Assembly (NCBI GenBank): GCA_030295235.1
Contig: AP026131.1
Span: 806,001 to 870,000 of the forward strand
DNA length: 64,000 nucleotides
Origin: Fistulifera solaris
Lineage: Eukaryota
Direction of reading: 5' to 3'
Shown: one piece after another, positions 26,001 through 37,478 of the stretch
Position numbering within the stretch: the first letter of the stretch is position 1
Layout of the letters: each line of letters begins with the position of its first letter
Made by a program: the position numbers and the translations under genes
Notes under the pieces: model-generated
Databases searched by the model: none
What the model saw: only the letters and a program-made list of their open reading frames with translations
What the model was told of the DNA's origin: nothing

Positions 26001-27404
26001 CAATTTATGACTTTGTTTCTATTGTTTATTCCCTCAACGTATGTTGATGTGGCGCAGAGGGGCCAAATATTGCTCTTACTTGATCGCGTCGGGAAGTTGT
26101 CAATGCTTGGTAAGTCATGGTATCGCGCTCACTTGTACGACAATGTGCATCTATCTCACATTCCCTTTGCTTAAACGACAGTCGTTTTCCTTGGAATGTT
26201 AAATACGGCTTCATTCTTTACTTCAATCGAAAGCCGTCCTGATTACATTCTTCCGTTCAAGTTGCAGCTGATGTATGTACCTCTTTGGGGTACTTATGCA
26301 ACATTCTTGGGCCAACTCATTTCTCATATAATTGCCGGAGCAATATTTGACTTCCATCGCCTATCTCTCAGAGATGCGCAATCGAAGGTCAAAGGACCTA
26401 AGACAATGCCGACGCTGGATGGCAGAGAAGACGTTAGTTCAAATTGTGATGAAGAGGAAAAACAGGATGAGGGATATGACCAGGATGTTTCAGCTACAAA
26501 AGAAAAGAAGCAGGAAGATGTGTATTGCCGTGAATCTATCTGTTTAGCGACCACTCTGTTTACGAGCGATATCCCTTCAGGAAACAAGCGGCTCGCAGTG
26601 CGGCCTTTAGGTCAAAAGCTTCTTCTCATAATGGCCGTCGTCTCGGTTGCACTATTATGTGCTGGCAGTGTGATGACGTCCTACTCCTCGAACGTGGAAG
26701 GTATATTGAATGACATCATGGCCATGGAGCATGTTTTACTGAAAATGACGACCGACCATTCTGTCTTTTCCTTCATGGGAGCACTTTTGGATCAAGCCGC
26801 CTCATTGAACCAGCCTCTTCAATATCTCGGACACGGGTTATTGCTATGGTATTTGCTCTTTGGTGTCGTTTTTGCACCAGTGTTCTTGGTATTAGTACTG
26901 CTCGTGCAGTGGTTGCTGCCATTGACCGATTCGACGCGTCGAAAACTTGATCTGGTAATTCAAAGAACCTTGTCCTGGCAAGCTACCGAAATATACATTC
27001 TCGCAACCATAGCTGGAGCTTGGCAAATGGATGATTTAGCATACTACATGACCAGCTCTATGTGCTGGGCATTCAATCCGCTCATTGAATTCATGGCGCA
27101 GAATGGTTGGATCTCACATGCTCAGTGCTTTGGTATACAAGGAAACGTGGGTGGCGGAGGAATTGCGCTCTGTTGCGGGTGCGCCCTGCTATTCCTTACG
27201 CTGAACTTTGTTAACAGCGCCCAGAAGCAAAAGGAGCGCGAATCGGAGCTTCTTGCACTTGCATCAGCGGTTAGAAAGAGCGGTAACTCTGTTGTTGATG
27301 GGCATGGTGCAGCTCTCTCCAAGGAAATAATTGACGCAATTGATTCATTCCCCGTGCTGTTTACGGACAAGTTCAGTTGGTTGTTACAGGAAGAATCAAC
27401 ATAA
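23035..27404 (+). CDS. Large secreted-ectodomain membrane protein with two PqiA/LetA-like TM domains
   Basis: Signal peptide and a long beta-rich N-glycosylated region, then LTWDSGGYFMAI..FLVGLWP...RGQILLLLDRVGKLSML(D) and a second repeat FGVVFAP...QW.LPL...RRKL...SWQATEIY. Five collinear ORF pieces joined by apparent frameshifts and an intron ~26110-26181. Confidence 0.75.
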
Positions 27405-28605
27405 TCATGTCACAAATAATACTAGGTCTAAACTGTTTGTACTTTATATCTATTGTCGGGACAATACTTGTTGCTCGATCCAGTTCAAGGGAATTTTTGA
27501 TTTTTGCGTCACTCGTGTGACACCCCAACGTTCTTTTTACGTCCAAGGGTTTTTTCAGTATTGGTTCTTCTGATTGTTTCCAAAAGAGTTGCAAAATTGT
27601 AGCGACCGCTTGAGGTGCTTCATGATTGGGACAGTGGCCGACATTGGATAGTTCGACATATTGGGCCGTGCACTCGGCTGGTAAACCATTCAGAATCTGT
27701 TGCGCAATGGCGGGCGTACACCAAGGATCATCCGCTCCATGCGCGAGTAGCACCGGGCACTGAATGCGCGCCAAGCACTGGCGAAACGTTAATGCTTTCT
27801 CTGTACCGTCGTCGCTGCTTTCTGGGACAGTAATTGGAGGAGACCACAGAATACTCGCGAATGCAGCGTGTCCTCCATTTCCCGTCGTACAGGCGTATAT
27901 TTGCTCCGCCAAGTTCCCTTCAAACGCTTCTTGATTGTAATAACAGTTTTTTAGAAACAATTGTATGGTCGTTTTGTCGCGCATTCGATCAAACGCCCAT
28001 CGACCAATGGCCCGAGGGATGGCCGGTGCCGGCAATGCACCCGACCAACCGGGCAAATTGAGTCCCCATACCGGCGTCGCATTCAATAACGAAAGTGTGG
28101 CGATGCGATCCGGTATTTGTTGTGCCACAAAGACGCACAAGTGTCCTCCGACCGAATTTCCGACCAAATGCAGTTGTTGTGGCGCCGGGAAGTGTGTTTG
28201 TATGAAATCAACAATCTGTTCGACCCAGGTATTCCCACTGTAGCACAATCCTTTCTCACTGTCTGACATGCCGTTTTGACAATTAATCGGCCAAGAAGCG
28301 CCTTGTCCTAAATAGTCAATCGCGTATAGACGGTACGCATCATTGTCGAGTGATTGCATGAGCAATTCTTGATGAAAGGAACCGACTCCGAAACCATTTA
28401 ACAACAACACAGGCTGCTGGTCCGGGCGATTCCCATTCTTTTCATAGTAAGCAATCGGATGGCCTCGCCAAGTCCAAGTTTGTCGTGTCATTGTGGTGTC
28501 AAGTATGGTGGAGAGACTCGTCGTGCTGTTCGGAAGCATCCACAGAAGCGACAGAAGCGACAAATACATGACGGCGAGCTTGCTTTTCGAATACGACTGC
28601 CACAA
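27373..28605 (-). CDS. Alpha/beta hydrolase, pheophytinase (PPH)-like; C-terminus uncertain
   Basis: GFGVGSFH, DYLGQG.SW, GNSVGG nucleophile elbow, LLNATPVWG, G.DDPW, GHCPNHEAP; N-terminal signal. Confidence 0.85.
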   Translation of the reverse strand: MWQSYSKSKLAVMYLSLLSLLWMLPNSTTSLSTILDTTMTRQTWTWRGHPIAYYEKNGNRPDQQPVLLLNGFGVGSFHQELLMQSLDNDAYRLYAIDYLGQGASWPINCQNGMSDSEKGLCYSGNTWVEQIVDFIQTHFPAPQQLHLVGNSVGGHLCVFVAQQIPDRIATLSLLNATPVWGLNLPGWSGALPAPAIPRAIGRWAFDRMRDKTTIQLFLKNCYYNQEAFEGNLAEQIYACTTGNGGHAAFASILWSPPITVPESSDDGTEKALTFRQCLARIQCPVLLAHGADDPWCTPAIAQQILNGLPAECTAQYVELSNVGHCPNHEAPQAVATILQLFWKQSEEPILKKPLDVKRTLGCHTSDAKIKNSLELDRATSIVPTIDIKYKQFRPSIICDMIMLILPVTTN

Positions 28606-28771
28606 TTATTGATTCGTTTATTAAATATGGATGTGACATTTAGCGCAAGTGAACTGTTATTAGTTCATTACTTTGACACGGGTGACCTTCGTCAGAAATA
28701 AAGAATAGTAGTCTAGCTCATTGCGATGCGGTTTGTTGCTTCAAGCTCTTTTTTTTTTGCCGTGCTACTTG

Positions 28772-29078
28772 CTATCGCCTTGCAAAATGTTACGGATTTT
28801 ATTTAATGATGTACTTAAAGATCGAAAACCATTTTTCTACTATGATCAACTGTGTAGTCTGGTATCCATAATTGGGAACAATTTTCATTCGATGGATTAG
28901 GGTTATTTGGCTTAAAAGTTGGATAACCTTAATCAGATCGATCAATCGCAGCGTAAGATTATGGATACGAGACTACACAGTTAATCATAGTCGAAAAATG
29001 GTTTTCGATTGCTAAGTACAAACCATTAATTTTTGTCGTTTTACTAAGTATAATTCGTAACATTTTGCAAGGCGATAG
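28772..29078. mobile_element. MITE-like foldback element (~307 bp)
   Basis: Perfect 23-bp TIR CTATCGCCTTGCAAAATGTTACG (28772-28794 / 29056-29078) plus a ~60-bp imperfect inner inverted arm; AT-rich, non-coding. Confidence 0.8.
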
Positions 29079-29208
29079 TGAAGGAAAAAAGATGAAAAAA
29101 GGAAAAGCCAAGCATCACTGCATTTGCACGCTATTATTCCGCTGCTTGAATTCGATTTATAATCTCTCCAATTTATTTACAAAGTATCGTCTTGTCTATA
29201 GTATCACA

Positions 29209-29896
29209 ATGAAATCTAAATTACCGCAATACCCCTTGAGATTGGCTGTCTTCGATCTAGATTACACCATTTGGCAACCCGAAATGTATCAGTTGTACGG
29301 ACGACCGAAATTGGTGCCGACGCCATCGAATCTTTCTTCGAATTTGGTGAAGGAAACCCGCACGAAACACGACGGAATGATTCTGGTAGACTCGAAACGA
29401 ACCAACACTCCGATGCGGGTCTTTCCTGGAGCGTAAGTTCCTTGTGTAATTCGTCTCGTCTTTTATTATTTTTCGTTTTACTCACAAAGGAATAATATTT
29501 TAAAAATATCGTCATCTCAGAGCATCGGCACTGTACGAAATCAAAGAACTTCGAAAACAGGGTTATGATATTCAGGCGGCCGTCTCGTCACGAACCGACG
29601 AACCGGAATGGGCACGCATGTGTATGGATCATTTGGTGCTGGAAGACGGAGTCACGACGTTGGCCGAATGCTTTGGTCGGCGCGTCGAAATCGGATACAA
29701 TGACAAGTCCTTGCATTTGCAACGGTTGCATCAAGCGACGGGTGTTCCGTATCACGAAATGTGCTTCTTTGACAATGAGCATTACAACATCAAAGACGTG
29801 CAACGAAAACTGCCGGCCGTCAAGTGCTTCTATACACCCAACGGCATGTCGGAGAAAGCTTGGGAGGAAGCCAAACGCGCATTTCGGTGGGAGTAG
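29209..29896 (+). CDS. MDP1: Magnesium-dependent phosphatase 1 (HAD IIIC)
   Basis: FDLDYTIW, SRTDEPEWA, K..H, MCFFDNE..N; intron ~29433-29520. Confidence 0.9.
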
Positions 29897-30183
29897 TGGA
29901 AATAATAGGAAGTGATCAGATGTATGATTGCTTATCGAGGATAATCAGCGTTCTTGACCATCTACAATACTGTGATCTGCAACAGGTCGTAGGTAAAAGT
30001 GGAGATCGTTCTCGTGAACTGGCAACATCACTTTTTATGCAGCGCCTTTGCCATCATCGTGGATAGACGCAGACGCAACGATGGAGATAGTTTCAAAACA
30101 TTAGCTGTTCTCGTGGTAACCACGATGAAACCTTTCATCGTATAACATAAGCAGTTAAGAAATATCCGTCCATCACGTTAGCA

Positions 30184-33100
30184 TTACAGTATCAGACAAG
30201 CCCCGCAACCACTTGCCGCGGCGTCTTGTACCTGGTTGTCTAGCGTGGCCTGTGACTGGGGCGAGACGGGCTGCGTCGATGGCGGAGTGGTAGGACGAGT
30301 TGGGTAGTTACTCGAAAGAATCGCCCCAGACGGATCGGGCTTTCTTTTCTCGTCATACGACTTATTTGGAGAAAGAATGACCTTGTCATTGTAAGCTTCA
30401 CGCCTTGGCGACAGGACTTTGCTATCAAGTGAGCGGCTTCGTTCGAGAAGGGGGTCTTCGAGGACTCTTTGGGTGCCAGGACTGAGCGCTGATGAAATAA
30501 GTGGATTACCGGACGCCTCTTCATTCTTGATAGCCATTACCTCATCATCGGGTGCGTCTTCGGGGTCTTTGACTTCCAAACGATATGTGTTGGGTGTCAT
30601 CTCACTAACAACACTTTGGGATTGTTCGTTGTGTTCTGCATCAAGTTCCTCCTTTTCTGAGTCGGGTTCTTTTGTTACTATCAGTTCATCCTCAGGTGCG
30701 TCTGGCGGTTCTCCGTTAGTCCTTAGGGATGGGTTTAACGTTCTCTCTAAATTTCCAGTCTCCGATGATTCAGCTTTAGCACCGTCACTATGACCTTCAT
30801 TAAGCGGTTCTTTACTCTGAATTGCTTCTGTACGTCCCGCCTCGTCATCTAGTGTTAGGTTACCATTTTCTGGCGGATTGTGCACCACATCAACTTGATC
30901 TTTCGTCGAGGCAGGTTGGGATGCTGGAACTTCTGCAAGACTAACTGTTAATGTATCCATCGACATCGATTCGACTATGACTTCATCTGATGGAACCTCA
31001 GACAACCCTGGGCGAGCGGCAGTATTTCGTTTCACAAAGATGCTGGTCAGCATCGGTCCTGGTGCTGTCGTCGACGCGGGCTTTATGTAACCTGGCCCTA
31101 TGTCTACATCATCGTTCCAAGGTTCAACGTCACTCCATGCTTCAGCCAATATCGATTCAGAGGCATCCAAAATTTTCGAGTCTCGGGCTTCCGTTTCCAG
31201 AAGTACTGCTGAGATATCTGCGTCGAACTGTTCTGCCACTCCAACGTCACCAACAAAGGGGGAGGCGAGAATGTGCTACGGCAAAACCAGTTTCCCTCCT
31301 ATCTTCTAATTCCCTTTGAGAGGTTTCTGGAGGATCGATGGATTTATTGCCCAAACTTTCAGCCGGTTCTTCTGCGCTATCAGTGTACGAGCGGAATTCC
31401 TCCGTTGGGGGATCCCTAGGATTAGCTTTTGGAGTATGATTAGCTGTCTTTGTTTCAGGTGATGAGAGAATCGGTTCTTCGTCGATAGGATTTGCATCGA
31501 CACGGTCTTCGATTCCCCTTTCATCTATTGAATCATCCTTTCTTTTCTCGCTGCGTACATCACTAGCATCATTTTCTTGTATCGGTGAAACGTCTGGGCC
31601 GATAGCAGTGACCGCCTTATTCTGATTAGCTTGGCCCGCGGAAACGTTTTCGTTTGATTTTGTCGTTTGCTCGTCCACTTTTCCACCTTCCGCTGTTGAA
31701 TCGAACGCCATTACTTCTTCTTTCTCGTCTATACGGTCAGCAATCACTGGTGTTTTGTTTTCCTCTGCATTAGCAATTGCGTCTTCTTGTAGCTCGGCCT
31801 TTGCATTTTCGACCTTCTCACTTGACATCGATAGTTGCGATTGCTCGTTTGCTCTTGTCGACATTTCTTTTCAGGTAAACCGAGAGTAGAATCTTCTTGC
31901 AGCTCTACCGTTGCTAAGTCGACCTTCTTCTCTGACACTAATAGTTCCGCTTGCTCGTTAGCTTTTGTCGACATTTTTGTTTCAGGTTCATCGACATTGG
32001 TCTCTGCTTGTAGCTCGACCGTTGGTTCGTCGACAGACTCACTTAAAGCTAGTATTTCCGCTTGTTTGGGAGCATTCGTCGGAATTTCAGTTCCAGGTAT
32101 ATTGCCATTCAAGTCTTCTTGTAGTACGACCGTTGCTAATTCGCCTTTCTCACTTGACACGATTATTTCTGCTTGCTCGGTAGATATCGTTAATTTTTCT
32201 GTTTCAGGTATATCGACACTTAAATTATCCTGTAGTTCGACAGTTGCACGTTCGTCTTTCTCAAGGGACACTGAATTTTCATTTAGTTCCTTTGCACTCA
32301 TTGGCATTTCCTGCTTACTAGTCTGAGAAGCATCTTGTAGCTCGACCATTGCAATGTCGCTCTCCTCATTGGACGCCAGCATCATCTTTTGATTGTTGTC
32401 TGTGATCGCTGTCTCCATTTCCTGTTTTTTGACGTTCGAATCTTCCTGCATGCAGGCAATCTCACTTTCACCCAGCAGCGCCACGACAACTTCTTCTTGC
32501 TTTGTCGACTCACCCGTAACATCTACGTCCCCTACGTGTTCATACAGATTGGGCGGTGCATTGTTTTTAAACGCAAAATCGTCATTTTCTCCGTCATGGC
32601 TCAATTTAGCGACAAGCGGTGCGATCTGCTGTTCAACTATGTCGATTCCCTCCTCGACTGATAATTGTTTCTCTTTCTCGGCCGATTCGACATTGACTGC
32701 ATTACCCATTTCATTGATTAACGGCTTTTTCGAAAGAGAAGTGACAAGATCGTCAATCTTTTTCTCGGAGATTTTGTCCTCAGGCAATACTTCCTCACCG
32801 TGATCTTCCGTGGCTGATTCTTCTGTGGCGAGTACATCAATTTTCTCTTCACGTCCGCTCTCTTTGTGCGGCAACGATTCCTTCAGCGGAACATCGATTG
32901 TCGTTTCCGCGCTGGTAATCGCCGGATCTTGAATTTCCAATGGTTTTTCGACATTCTCTTCGGAAAACGCATTCGCGGCCAAAACATCCACTTTTTCGAG
33001 ACCCATATCACTCTTCGTCATCACCAAGTCCGGTTCCATGGATACAAAGGAAAGTTTCTCTTGCACGAAAGTTTCGTCTGGTTCCTCGTTACTAGTAATT

Positions 33101-33563
33101 TTCTCCAGTGACGACGATGTTGCATCCAGAATGGGAGGTTGAAGATGAAGTTCCGCGAGCGGTATTTCTCCGCTGGGCAATTGCTCTAGTTCTTGAAACC
33201 CACTCATCGGCTGTGTCACAACTAATTCCCTTGTGATGATTTCGTTCGTAACTTCGTTTCCAACCTCCTTCGATATTGCGGGTACGGCTGACACGGCAGC
33301 GTCGATAGTATCATCTGCTTGTGTCGGAATTTTTACGTTCGTTTCGTCGACTTTCGTTACGTCTTCTGCCAAGTCGGTCTTTCTATCGTCGGTGACCACT
33401 GACTGATCATTGTTTTGTAATTCGCTCTTCGTTTCTTGGGGAACTTCCGTACTGGAAGATTCGAGTGTCATTTCGGTCGTCTCGTCCGGCGGCGATGCGT
33501 CTTTTCCGTTGCAGATTGATTATTATTTTGCTTCTTTTTCGATTTGTTGCGATGCCGAGACAT
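30184..33563 (-). CDS. Long acidic low-complexity protein with 37-aa repeats and C-terminal CaaX box
   Basis: Three collinear E/D-rich ORFs joined by frameshifts (~31865, ~31260); ends GCGACLIL*. Start uncertain (33471 or 33563). Confidence 0.7.
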
Positions 33564-33998
33564 TCTCGATTCTGAACAGCAAAAACTAATGAATATTCAA
33601 AGCAACAAGGATATCTCTTTCTCTCCGACTCTGCAATGCAAGCTCGGTCGAGAGGAAGGAGGTCCTCGATCTCGACGGCACTTTTGTCGTTTTGTCTTCT
33701 TTTCTGCTCCGATTCTGTCCACGGTGCCGTTCAGCAAGCTTACTTAGACACACAAGTTCTAATTAAGCGAGAAGCGATAACCGTTGGTAATTTACACTAG
33801 CGTTAAGTGTTAGTTTACGCATCTTCAACGGATACTTTGTAAAGTACAGATAATTTGACTGAAATGAGAGGTACGACATGCAAAGATCTTTGAGATCCAA
33901 TAAGCGCGTGTTTTTCGTCCGCAATAAAATGAATGAAGAAAGCAATTGCTAATATTTCGGCTACAAATTCTTGATTACATCTAAAACACTTCAATAGA

Positions 33999-35292
33999 AT
34001 GACACCAGCAGAAGCAGCCTTAATGGCGGCGAAATTAGCCGCAGAGGAGCAGCCCGATGCGCAACAACAAATCACCACGCAACTCGCTCACGCGGGTGTT
34101 TCGTATCCTTCGTTTACGAACTGTCCCTTATCACCGCCACTGCATTTCGCCACGACTTATACACGTCCCGTGGAAGGTCCGTATCTTCCAACGGATGCGA
34201 TTTATGCGCGTCTGGACAATCCGACGCGTCTCGCACTCGAGACCGAAGTGTTTCAGTTAGAAACAGCTGGCATGACTTTCGCATCATCAGCAGAAGATCC
34301 CCCGCTGCGATCCTTGGCATTTGCTTCGGGAATGATGGCGATTTCTTCCATTATATTGGCGCATCGGAGTCCCTTGGTCGTCATGGTACCGCAGGATACT
34401 TATCACGGCGTACCGACTGTTCTCATGGATGTCTTTTCACGATTTCAGGTCGAACGGCGCAAGGTCGACATGAACGACATTAGTGCATTCAAAAGGCTCT
34501 CCGGGCCGTCGATTCCAGTCATGTGCATCTGATTGTGTGGATGGAAACACCATCGAATCCGCAATGTCATGTCTTGGATATCGCCAAGCTCAGTCAATTG
34601 GCGCATCAGTATCACAATACGAACGTCACGTGTGTCGTCGATAGTACACTGCATCCCTTACAACAACCACTGCAATACCGAGACGTGGATATTTGTGTGC
34701 AGGCAGCGACCAAGTATATGGCGGGACATTCCGATGCCTTACTGGGAGTGGTGACCACCTTGCGTCCGGATTTTTTTCAGAAACTGCATCAAGTACAAGA
34801 CTCGGTCGGGGGAGTCGCTGCTCCGATGGATTGTTGGTTGACCCTGCGGGGATTGCGCACTTTGGTGTTGCGGTTCCAACAACAGTCCGACAGTGCCTTG
34901 CAACTGGCGCAGTTTTTCAAAATCAAATCATTCAAAAGAGCTGCGCGTCTTTACAGAAAGTATACTATCCCGGGCTGCCCAGCCATCCCCAACACGCCCT
35001 AGCGGTGACACAAATGAAGACGCGTGGTGGTTATGGAGGTGTCTTGTCGGTCGAATTTAATTCGGAAGCATTTGCCATGGCGTGGATCGCCGCCTTGCAG
35101 GTAGCGTACCCTGCCACCAGTTTGGGAGGAACGGAAACCTTGGTCGAGCATCGGGCGAGCATCGAACCGCCGTGCCGTGTGGTGAGTCCGATCGGACTCG
35201 TCCGTATCTCGGTGGGATTGGAAAATGTGCAGGATTTGCTCAAGGATTTCGCCAAAGCACTCCGGATTGCCACTCAAGTCTTGTCGGCGTAG
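33999..35292 (+). CDS. Cys/Met metabolism PLP enzyme (cystathionine gamma-synthase/lyase family)
   Basis: YARLDNPTR, FASGM.AI, WMETPSNP, VVDST, ATKYMAGHSD, LRGLRTL, TSLGGTETL, RISVGLE; frameshifts near 34495 and 34918. Confidence 0.93.
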
Positions 35293-35561
35293 GTAAGGTG
35301 GTGTATCTATAAACTATTTTTTTTACGCAGCGTTACAAATACTAAAGGAAAGTATGGGTACAAAGTAAGATTAGATCATCTGGATTTGACGGCTACAAAC
35401 CTAGATACAATATATCCCGACTAGCAGACACTCTAGGTTCGACTGTAAAACAATCTATTGTGATAGCAAAAGAAATATCTTTACCACGATCTATTCACGT
35501 TATCATTAAAGTATGCAAAAGAACGACGCAGTCAAATACAGGTGCCGTCATCGGACGAATT

Positions 35562-36989
35562 TCATCCCTTCTTTGAACGGAATTTACTCAGAAATCCTTT
35601 ACGCCTATCCATGGCTTCTTGTTGACCATCTTCCCACAGATGTGTGGGTGGAGGTCTAGGGTAAGCGGAACTGTCATCGTTCGATGTATCGGTTGACAAA
35701 GCGACTCGTTGACTTTGTTCGTCATACGAATAGGACTGATTCTCGCTGGCCAACGAAACCTCTTGACTCATCGTTTGCGCGATATCCGGACTCGCCCATC
35801 CACGACGGCTGCTTTTCGAAGCATTGTCGTCACTGCTTTGCAACATTTTGTTTTTGCGCGAAGCTCGACGGCGGCTCTTGAGGCGCTGGAGATATCCTGG
35901 AGGCATGGAACCACCGCGACCCGGACTCAACAATAAGAAGACAGCACCCGCTAAAAAGGCCACGGAAAGGAGCAAGAACGTCGCCGCGCGTGCCTTCGTT
36001 TCTTGATCCTGCACACTCAAGTTACTGCTGGTAACGCGGTCGATCGCTTGCTGGTACTTGCGTTGCTTGCCATAGGGGTCGGGGCAGTCGGCTTGCTGAT
36101 ACCAGCACGAGTACGAGTTCTGCAGCAAGGACAAGGGAGATCCGTTGTTGCCATTGTTGTTATTTTGTTGCTGCTGTCCCTCTTGCTGCTGATTGTACGA
36201 ATCGCCCCTCGCGTAGATTTGCACACATTTGGCCTTACTTGACAGCAAGTCATTGAATTCACTTAAATCGTCGACGACTTCCTCGATGGTACCGGAACAC
36301 GAGGATCCCGAGATTTGGGCTTTGACAAAACGCTTGTTTTGGCAGATCGCCGCCACGCTAGACTGATCAGCATTGTATTCGTAGTAGTACTTCTGATTCT
36401 CTCCTTGTTGCTGACCTTCATTCAAAAAGCGATGTTGTTGCTGTCCTCCTTGACCTTGACAACTACTCGTCACCACTTGACTATTGCCATTGTTGTTGTT
36501 ATTATTATTGCCTTGATGTTCTCCTTCCCCTCCGTTTTGTACTGCCGTGAAACCATCCACTCCCAAATTCGCCAATACATTGGTAAATCCCGTAATTCCG
36601 TTACTCGTATGCGCCGAAAGAATGTAAGTGGCTTTGGAACACCCCCGATCGCGACGTCCTTTCAAAACGCCGTGCAACGTGTACGCGACTTGTGCGCCCA
36701 TCCGCGGCACACTTTTCAAATACCATGTATCGGATTCATCCCCACCGCCGTTGTTGTTTTGCCCCAGCACCTCCGACCACGCGCATTCATGATATTGAAC
36801 GTACAGTTTCTCGAATTGATCCAGGTCTTCCAAGACATTGCTGGGTTCTTTCCAGTAGAGGGCATTGTGAGCGGTGTTGGGGTTGACGACGCCTTCGGCG
36901 TAGTATGTGTCATCCCGATTCGCGGCCGTTTGCCATATTCCGGACACAGTCAGGAGAAGTATTAATTGTGTAGTTGTAAAGCGGAACAT
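35562..36989 (-). CDS. Diatom-type N/Q- and Cys-rich single-pass membrane protein (silicanin-like architecture)
   Basis: Signal peptide, N/Q runs, RFL motif, multiple Cys, one TM helix, basic/Ser-rich tail. Confidence 0.8.
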   Translation of the reverse strand: MFRFTTTQLILLLTVSGIWQTAANRDDTYYAEGVVNPNTAHNALYWKEPSNVLEDLDQFEKLYVQYHECAWSEVLGQNNNGGGDESDTWYLKSVPRMGAQVAYTLHGVLKGRRDRGCSKATYILSAHTSNGITGFTNVLANLGVDGFTAVQNGGEGEHQGNNNNNNNGNSQVVTSSCQGQGGQQQHRFLNEGQQQGENQKYYYEYNADQSSVAAICQNKRFVKAQISGSSCSGTIEEVVDDLSEFNDLLSSKAKCVQIYARGDSYNQQQEGQQQQNNNNGNNGSPLSLLQNSYSCWYQQADCPDPYGKQRKYQQAIDRVTSSNLSVQDQETKARAATFLLLSVAFLAGAVFLLLSPGRGGSMPPGYLQRLKSRRRASRKNKMLQSSDDNASKSSRRGWASPDIAQTMSQEVSLASENQSYSYDEQSQRVALSTDTSNDDSSAYPRPPPTHLWEDGQQEAMDRRKGFLSKFRSKKG

Positions 36990-37229
36990 GGTGATTTGAT
37001 TTGCTCCAGATCGTATTAAAATGGAGGTGATGCGACAATAAGCTTTGTGCTTTGTGTGTTGTGTGATGATCGGACGAGAATGAAGTACAGATTGTTTTTA
37101 CACTCGTATACACTCTTTCCAAAAGTGTTGTCCAAATTCTTCGCTGATAGACGTTACTCTACTCTCCCAACCACTCTCATAGTCTAACGCCTATTGGAGT
37201 ATGCGTCACTTAGAGCTGGTTGACGTTTC

Positions 37230-37318
37230 AACGGAGTTTTGTCGAGTGTAACGGCTAAGTAGCACAACGGTTCATTTTGATGCTTAGAGAATTTTTCCCG
37301 TTGAACGGATTTGAACGG
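37230..37318. promoter_or_regulatory. Cluster of six AACGG (MSA/Myb-type) cores in a bidirectional promoter
   Basis: AACGG at 37230, 37250, 37266, 37304, 37314 and reverse (CCGTT) at 37298. Confidence 0.65.
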
Positions 37319-37478
37319 CAGCTACAATAAAGTAGCGGACTCCTTTCCTCCTCCCTCGCGTTATTATCCGCACTGTGTTGCAACAACAAAATAAAAATGG
37401 TTGTTGGCATCACACGTTAAGCACAATAGAACCCTTACATTTCCCAACAAAACAAATTCTTACTCTTCATATTCAAAA

